From the NCBI GenBank assembly GCA_049472315.1, contig JBLIRN010000048.1, positions 1 through 19,796 on the forward strand: a stretch of DNA of 19,796 nucleotides. The letters are read 5' to 3'. The DNA is from a bacterium. GTDB lineage: Bacteria > SZUA-182 > DTGQ01 > JAFGSM01. The notes below the pieces were generated by a model. That model saw only the letters and a list, made by a program, of their open reading frames with translations. It ran no database searches and had not been told where the DNA came from. The stretch's first letter is position 1. Every line of letters starts with the position of its first letter. The position numbers were made by a program, and so were the translations under genes. Positions 11,734 to 18,179 of this stretch are shown piece after piece.

Positions 11734-12092
11734 AGTATTGTGTTTTACCTGATTTGGCTGAATCGTTCAGTCCCTTCCGAAGATATCGTATTCATTATGA
11801 TGGAATAACCTGAGCCGGTTGAGATCGATCGGTGTGTGGTACGATTGTTCCTTAACCCTCATGTTCAATTGCTTCGGGTTTTTCCTGAGACGATACGTCT
11901 GATAGTGCTCCCTTATGTTTGAGAGCGTTCATACCATATGAACTTACAACGAGATGGTCGGTGATGACCGCAGGGATCATTGTGGAGCGCTTAATCGTGA
12001 TTTGTGCCATGAAGGAGGTGATGAGCAACTGTATTGGAAATGATTGCTATTCAGCAAGAAGGAAGGGATGAATTAGGAAAGAGGGAAATACT
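11734..12092 (+). ncRNA. Candidate large structured RNA (~360 nt) of unassigned class; either a standalone ncRNA or a 5' leader
   Basis: No ORF of 60 aa or more in any frame. It begins just after the promoter. The 5' and 3' ends pair (11734-11755 with 12070-12092; CCTTCC 11773-11778 with GGAAGG 12061-12066). Many nested stems have G-U pairs favouring the + strand. Confidence 0.6.
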
Positions 12093-12158
12093 CAAGATCT
12101 TTTCTGCTGCAAACACGGTCGAGTATGCATTATAATTTTTAAGAGAAAGGATCATGAT

Positions 12159-12692
12159 ATGTTAGGAAAGGGAAGATCATTAGGATGGATCATCCTCATT
12201 TTTGTTATTCTTGTAATGACTATTGTTATTGGCTCCCCGTCAGTCAATGCTCAATATTGGACGGCGATTCCTCCATATAATACCTTATGGCCCTTATGGT
12301 CTCCGGTGCTCAATTCGGTGAGCAGTAAAACCGGGATTCCGACACCCATTGTAACAAGCCTGACCCCAAAGACAATCCTGCCGGTCCAGCCCGCGCTGAC
12401 CTGGGATCCCTCCATCGGCTATCCGTGGCTTTTGTACAACGGCACCTTTGGACTTGCCTACTGGGATCAAATCCTGGGATTCCATCCCTGGCCCCCGGAG
12501 CACCTGTTTAATCCCGTTACAAATCAGCCTATCCCCCTCGCCTTGAGCGGTAATTGGCAATTCCTCGATCCGACCCCGTTCCTATGGGGTTTACGATGGG
12601 TGCCCTTCGCCAACGCGGCCTACATCAATTATCCTTTTGCCGTCAGTCCGATTGGGACGCTGTTGACCGCCTTCGATATATGGGGGATTTAG
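12159..12692 (+). CDS. Exported Pro/Trp-rich hypothetical protein (177 aa)
   Basis: RBS AGAAAGGA. Sec signal with basic N-region, hydrophobic core and VNA|Q cleavage site. The mature region is very rich in P/W/L/T with few charged residues. A strong hairpin follows. Confidence 0.85.
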   Translation: MLGKGRSLGWIILIFVILVMTIVIGSPSVNAQYWTAIPPYNTLWPLWSPVLNSVSSKTGIPTPIVTSLTPKTILPVQPALTWDPSIGYPWLLYNGTFGLAYWDQILGFHPWPPEHLFNPVTNQPIPLALSGNWQFLDPTPFLWGLRWVPFANAAYINYPFAVSPIGTLLTAFDIWGI

Positions 12693-12734
12693 GGACACTT
12701 GAATATCCGATTATCATTCAATACATAGTAATTC

Positions 12735-12773
12735 ACCAGGCAAGCCGCCGCCCTTGGTGGCGGCTTGCCTGGT
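12735..12773 (+). terminator. Strong hairpin, probable terminator or 3'-end stabiliser
   Basis: ACCAGGCAAGCCGCC / GGCGGCTTGCCTGGT is a perfect 15-bp stem about 40 nt after the stop codon. It lacks a good U-tract. Confidence 0.65.
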
Positions 12774-13314
12774 ATTCGCCTATCCTTTTGGCCTGTCAAT
12801 CATTGCATCCTCAAAAAAACTCTGTAACTATTCGCTACTACATTGTATGTACATGAACTTACATATGAAGCAGTACATCGCGAAATATTTTTTGCAGAGT
12901 AACCGAACCCTGAAAACCAGGCGAACCACGTATCGGATCTGTTACACGCATTAAAGACCTCATGATTTCAAATCGATAACACTTTTTTAAGGTGGTCATT
13001 TTTTAAATCCCCAACACGGCACATGGGAAAATCAAAACCTTTTACGTCTATTTAATATATATGGCTGCAATCGATTATAAGCTTTGCACAGGCGAAACCT
13101 TTAATCAGATGGATGGAGTGGAAAATACTATACAAAATATCGGGCAATATACTATTTCAAAATATAATGCATGATATTAAAATTGTATTATATTGCACTA
13201 TTGAGTAAAATCTTAATGGAAGCCGGTATTAAGATAATAACTGTTGAGATTGGAAGAGAGTTGTTCAATCACGGCCAATCTCCTCCTTTATGCCGATCAT
13301 TAAAGGGTTTTTAA

Positions 13315-15834
13315 GTGATAAAGGGCAAGGTTACGTTTTTAATCATAGTGGGCCTTTCTTTCGCCGCACTTTTTTGTTGTGGGAAGATATGTGTGGGAAC
13401 CCAGGATTTCTATTGGAACCCGGCTCTGTTGAATTACACCACATTGCATAATTTCATGATCTTTCAAAACCCGAGCCGATCATTAGATTCGCTCGCATAC
13501 GTGACGCCAATATGGCAAACCCAGACTACGGCAACTCGTGTCGCTGTGGATTGGCGGTATTACCAGCAACATCTCAATCAATATATACCAAGTACCTCCC
13601 TTTTTCCTTTAAATGGAAATCCCTATGAATTTGGGAGTATCTCTGCCGGAAACAACACCTTTTTAATAAACAACACTGGAGTTAACAATAGGGCATTGTA
13701 TGGTGCCGGGGCGAGTCCCTTTGGGTTTGGCGGTTCCTTCATCACCCCATGGTATTCATACAATCCTGCCTGGGCTATTGGTGGTGGAATCATGAATACC
13801 AGCCTGTGGCCTGTGACGAACTGGTATACAATGGGGACCATTGGGTCTGGCTGGCCAAACCTTATTCCATCGTCGACAAATGACGATGATTCAGAGGAAG
13901 AACCCGTGAATCCAGAGGAAGAATCCGAGTATCCGGATAATGGAGGGATAGATTCCGAAGATGGGGCCACTATGATCAAAGATGTGGCCATATTTGAGAC
14001 CTTGGCCTGTATGAGTGATGTGCCCGGGGCCTTGAGTGTACGCGAAGTGAAATTTTTGATTATCGGAGTCGATACCGATAATCCAACTGTTTATTTCTAC
14101 AATAGCAAAAAACATGTCTATCATTTTACCTTTGCCAAGGATGTCTTGAAACTCTATTATGATTTGTACAGATTCAATTCGGAAACGTACTTTACGGATA
14201 ACAACCGTAAGAATCTTGCCGGTTCCGTTATTGCGTATAACAATTATCAATCCGGCACCGGTGAAAAAGGGATGTATGCCATTGAATTCTGGCCCACCGA
14301 TCCGGTGGGTTTCAAGTTTGTAAAGATTGCCTATGATGTTATAACCGACAGAATGCCTTTTGCAGGGTCACACATTGCCTATCATGCGGTCGGAGAGATT
14401 CAGCGAAATCTATTCGAAACGGAGAAATATGAATATGACCATTCCTATCTAAGGACAATCAGCAGTGAAGATCTCTTCGAAGATATTGATTACAATCCGG
14501 TTAACCCTGGTGAATCCTATGGCCTTCTGAGGATTATTGAAAGCGACGAGGTCGTTACTGCCAAGGATATCGTTATCTTCAGAACCGCTCCGAATGATCT
14601 GACGCACGTGGCGGGGATTATTACCGAGACGCCCCAAACACCCCTTTCTCATGTCAATTTAAAGGCCAAGCAGAATAACACCCCAAATATATATATAAAG
14701 AATGCCTCAACTCACCCTGATATCATGCCCTTTATAGGCCATTACGTACATTTTCAAATAACCGCCGATGGATTCAGCATTGAGGCGGCCAGTCAGGAGG
14801 AGGTGGATAATTTTTTTGAATCAGTCCGTCCGTCTCAACCGCAATACCCTGTCAGGGATTTGAGCGTGACCACGATAGCCGCACTGGGGGACATAGGGTC
14901 ATCGGATTTTGCAGCGTACGGGGTAAAGGCGGCCAACGTTGCGGAACTCGCAAAATTCCTGCCGTATGGCATGGTTCCCGACGGTTTTGCCGTGCCCTTT
15001 TATTTCTATGATGAGTTTATGAGATACAACAATTTTTATCAGGAAGCCGCGGACATGATCACTGATGAGGCATTCACGAATGATCCCCATGTGCGTCAAT
15101 CAGCCCTTGCTGCGTTCAGAAAGAGAATAAAGCAGGGCGAGGTGCCTCTGTGGATGGATGATCAACTGCAGGCAATTTATGACGATCTCAGGAATCGTGA
15201 TAATACAAGGGACGTTCGTGCCCGCTCCAGCACGAACAATGAGGATCTGGAGGGATTTAACGGTGCCGGTCTGTACGAATCCTATACCCATAAACCGGAT
15301 GAGGGACGTTTTATCAACACAATTCGGCAGGTATGGGCAGGCCTTTGGACATATCGGGCCTTTGAAGAAAGGGATTTTTATCGCATCGATCATTTTACGG
15401 CGGCAATGGGCGTTCTTGTTCATCATAATTACAAGAATGAGCCTGCCAATGGCGTGGCAGTGACCAAAAACATCTTCGATCCGAATTGGGAGGGGTTTTA
15501 TGTGAATGTGCAGGTCGGGGAGGACCTGGTTACCAACCCCGAAGAGGAATCGATTCCGGATGAGTTCCTGGTGGCCAGACTTCCGGTCTCGGTTTGGCAG
15601 CTCGATTATGAAATTGTGACCATTCGTCATTCGAATAAAACGGAGAATGGAGAGAATGTGCTCAGCGATCAGCATGTACAGGAACTCATCAGCGCAATGG
15701 CCGAGATTCAAAACCACTTCAGATGGGTTTACCATATTCCTTCAAATGATCTGAGCTTTGCAATGGATATTGAATTCAAGGTGACCCAGGACGATGAGTT
15801 GCAGATTAAGCAGGCACGTCCCTGGATCGATTAA
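13315..15834 (+). CDS. PEP/pyruvate-binding (PPDK_N ATP-grasp) domain protein with an upstream phospho-His swivel domain and an N-terminal signal-like peptide
   Basis: AGIITETPQTPLSHVNLKAK (swivel His), then YGVKAANVAEL, VPDGFAVPF, RARSSTNNEDLEGFNGAGLYES and MDIEFK...QIKQARP. Hydrophobic N-terminus after MIKGK; GTG start. Confidence 0.85.
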   Translation: MIKGKVTFLIIVGLSFAALFCCGKICVGTQDFYWNPALLNYTTLHNFMIFQNPSRSLDSLAYVTPIWQTQTTATRVAVDWRYYQQHLNQYIPSTSLFPLNGNPYEFGSISAGNNTFLINNTGVNNRALYGAGASPFGFGGSFITPWYSYNPAWAIGGGIMNTSLWPVTNWYTMGTIGSGWPNLIPSSTNDDDSEEEPVNPEEESEYPDNGGIDSEDGATMIKDVAIFETLACMSDVPGALSVREVKFLIIGVDTDNPTVYFYNSKKHVYHFTFAKDVLKLYYDLYRFNSETYFTDNNRKNLAGSVIAYNNYQSGTGEKGMYAIEFWPTDPVGFKFVKIAYDVITDRMPFAGSHIAYHAVGEIQRNLFETEKYEYDHSYLRTISSEDLFEDIDYNPVNPGESYGLLRIIESDEVVTAKDIVIFRTAPNDLTHVAGIITETPQTPLSHVNLKAKQNNTPNIYIKNASTHPDIMPFIGHYVHFQITADGFSIEAASQEEVDNFFESVRPSQPQYPVRDLSVTTIAALGDIGSSDFAAYGVKAANVAELAKFLPYGMVPDGFAVPFYFYDEFMRYNNFYQEAADMITDEAFTNDPHVRQSALAAFRKRIKQGEVPLWMDDQLQAIYDDLRNRDNTRDVRARSSTNNEDLEGFNGAGLYESYTHKPDEGRFINTIRQVWAGLWTYRAFEERDFYRIDHFTAAMGVLVHHNYKNEPANGVAVTKNIFDPNWEGFYVNVQVGEDLVTNPEEESIPDEFLVARLPVSVWQLDYEIVTIRHSNKTENGENVLSDQHVQELISAMAEIQNHFRWVYHIPSNDLSFAMDIEFKVTQDDELQIKQARPWID

Positions 15835-16108
15835 GACCTTATAGCGATCAGGAAGGGTTCGGACCGGCTGGAACGCGGGCCCACGCGCGCCTGAATCTGC
15901 AATTTCGTTATAAACCCATCCCATCTATCATATCCAATGTATCATACCTCATGTATCATTTAAGTATCTAATAGTTTTGTGATTTCTTCCGATAAGATAA
16001 TAGTAAAAAAGAACGTGTTACTGCTTGTTTACGTGAAGGTTTTTGGGATATTTTAGCTGGCTCATTGCTCAGCAGGAAGTTGGTATATTGCCGCCTGACG
16101 AAACAACA

Positions 16109-18079
16109 ATGAATCCGAATCAGAAAAAGATCGGTGTATTTGTCTGCCATTGCGGCACAAACATCGCCGGCACGCTGGATGTGAAGAAGATCGTAGAGTC
16201 CGTAAAGGACGATCCAAATGTGGCGCTGTGTGTGGACTATGTATATATGTGCTCTGAACCCGGGCAGAACATGGTCAAGGATGCGATCAGGGAAAAGAAC
16301 CTGGACAGTGTGATCATTGCCTCATGCTCACCCACCCTCCATCAGGCGACCTTCCGGAAAACCATCGCCTCCGCGGGCCTGAATCCCTATCAGTGTGAGA
16401 TCGCCAATATACGTGAGCAATGCAGTTGGGTCCATATGGAGGACAAGGAGAGGGCCACCCAAAAGGCCATTCGGATCATCCGGAGCATCGTGGAGAAGAT
16501 GAGGCTCAACGAGTCCCTTCTGCCCATCGGGGTGCATGTCACCAAAAGGGCATTGGTCATCGGTGGCGGAATCGCCGGGATGCAGGCGGCCCTGGATATT
16601 GCAAACGCCGGGTACGAGGTGGTCCTGGTGGAGAGACAATCCTCCATCGGCGGTCATATGGCGCAGCTATCGGAGACATTCCCCACCCTGGACTGCTCCC
16701 AGTGCATCCTCACCCCCAGGATGGTGGAGGTGGGGCAGCATCCCAAGATCAAGCTTCTCACCTATTCGGAGGTGGAGGAGATTTCGGGATATGTGGGGAA
16801 TTTCAAGGTCAAGATCCGGAGGAAGCCCACCTATGTGGACTGGAGCAAATGCACGGCATGCGGCCTTTGCTCCGAGAAGTGCCCCACCAAGGTCCCTTCC
16901 GAATTCGACCGGGGACTGAAAACAAGGAAGGCGATCTATGTCCCTTTTCCCCAGGCAGTCCCCAATAAACCGGTGATCGACAGCGACCACTGCCTGTTTC
17001 TCAAGACAGGCAAGTGTGGGGTGTGCGAAAAGACATGCCAGGCGGGGGCCATCAACTTCAAGGATAAAGAAACGTATATCGAGGAAGAGGTCGGTGCGGT
17101 GGTGGTGGCAACAGGGTATGAGCTTTACGGGATGGAGAATTTCCCTGAATACGGCATGGGGCAGCATAAGGATGTGCTGGATGGATTGTCGTTCGAGCGT
17201 CTGCTATCTGCTTCAGGCCCCACGGCAGGGGAGGTCAGAAGGCCGTCCGACGACACCGTTCCCAAGCGGGTGGCATTCATTGCGTGTGTGGGCTCCAGGG
17301 ACCGGGAGCACCATTTCCCCTATTGCTCCAAGATATGCTGCATGTATACGGCCAAACACGCCATGCTCTATAAGCACAAGGTCCCGGACGGAGAGGCCAT
17401 TGTATTCTTTATCGATACACGGTGCGGCGGCAAGAACTACGAGGAATTCGTGACCCGGGCCCAGGAGGAGGATGAGGTGATTTATGTCCGGGGCAAGGTC
17501 TCGAGGGTCTTGAACAGCAACAATAGCGGCAAACTCACCATCCTGGGTGCGGATACCCTCCTGGGAAAGCAGATCGAGGTGGAATGCGATATGGTGGTCC
17601 TCTCCATGGCCATCGTGCCGTCGCTTGGCATCCAGGAACTGGGAAGAAAATTGAAGATACAGATGGACAGCCATGGCTTCCTCTCGGAGGCGCATCCGAA
17701 GCTGCGGCCTGTGGAGACACTGACCGCGGGCTTCTATCTGGCAGGCTGCGCCCAGGCCCCCAAGGATATACCGGATGTGGTGGCTCAGGCCAGCGGCGCG
17801 GCAAGCAAGGTCTTCGCCCTGTTTGCGCAGGAGGAACTCTCTCATGAACCGGTGGTGGCCACCGTTGATGAGGAGGTTTGCAGCGGCTGCGGCAAGTGCG
17901 TGGCTGCATGTGCATATAGCGCCATTGAACTGGATCCCCAGCGGAGGATCGCCAGGGTGAACGAGGTGGTATGCGAGGGGTGCGGCGCCTGTGCATGCGC
18001 CTGCCCCAGCGGGGCATGCCAGTTGAGGAACCTCACCAGCACCCAGATATTGAACATGGTGGATGTTCTGGAGGGGTAG
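16109..18079 (+). CDS. hdrA: Heterodisulfide reductase subunit A family flavoprotein (FAD, multiple [4Fe-4S])
   Basis: IGVFVCHCG, ASCSP, NIREQC, GGGIAG, TFPTLDCSQC, inserted ferredoxin, CVGSRD..YCSKICC, EAHPKLRP and C-terminal 2x[4Fe-4S]. ATG at 16109 fits the usual HdrA N-terminus better than TTG at 16043. Confidence 0.95.
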   Translation: MNPNQKKIGVFVCHCGTNIAGTLDVKKIVESVKDDPNVALCVDYVYMCSEPGQNMVKDAIREKNLDSVIIASCSPTLHQATFRKTIASAGLNPYQCEIANIREQCSWVHMEDKERATQKAIRIIRSIVEKMRLNESLLPIGVHVTKRALVIGGGIAGMQAALDIANAGYEVVLVERQSSIGGHMAQLSETFPTLDCSQCILTPRMVEVGQHPKIKLLTYSEVEEISGYVGNFKVKIRRKPTYVDWSKCTACGLCSEKCPTKVPSEFDRGLKTRKAIYVPFPQAVPNKPVIDSDHCLFLKTGKCGVCEKTCQAGAINFKDKETYIEEEVGAVVVATGYELYGMENFPEYGMGQHKDVLDGLSFERLLSASGPTAGEVRRPSDDTVPKRVAFIACVGSRDREHHFPYCSKICCMYTAKHAMLYKHKVPDGEAIVFFIDTRCGGKNYEEFVTRAQEEDEVIYVRGKVSRVLNSNNSGKLTILGADTLLGKQIEVECDMVVLSMAIVPSLGIQELGRKLKIQMDSHGFLSEAHPKLRPVETLTAGFYLAGCAQAPKDIPDVVAQASGAASKVFALFAQEELSHEPVVATVDEEVCSGCGKCVAACAYSAIELDPQRRIARVNEVVCEGCGACACACPSGACQLRNLTSTQILNMVDVLEG

Positions 18080-18179
18080 AGAAAACGTTTGAATCCCTTT
18101 ACGAAAAGATAAGACATTATAGTAGAGTAATAAGAGGAATGAAAAAAGAGACATTATCAAAAACAGAGGATACACTCCA

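Noticed and set aside
12020..12060. GCAACTGTA resembling part of a cobalamin riboswitch
   Set aside because: The flanking conserved elements (AGGGAA-GGTG-AATCC, GCCACTG/GGGAAG, AGYCAG) are not present in the right order.
12554..12954. Short ORFs 12554-12856 and 12754-12954
   Set aside because: They cross the terminator hairpin into AT-rich intergenic DNA and have no RBS or protein-like features.
13083..13150. GCACAGGCGAAACC resembling the start of a c-di-GMP-I riboswitch
   Set aside because: There is no GNRA-capped P2 stem and no GACGCAAAG or downstream P3 consensus.
16043..16108. N-terminal extension of HdrA from TTG 16043
   Set aside because: The conserved KIGVFVCHCG begins just after ATG 16109, and the extension has no support.
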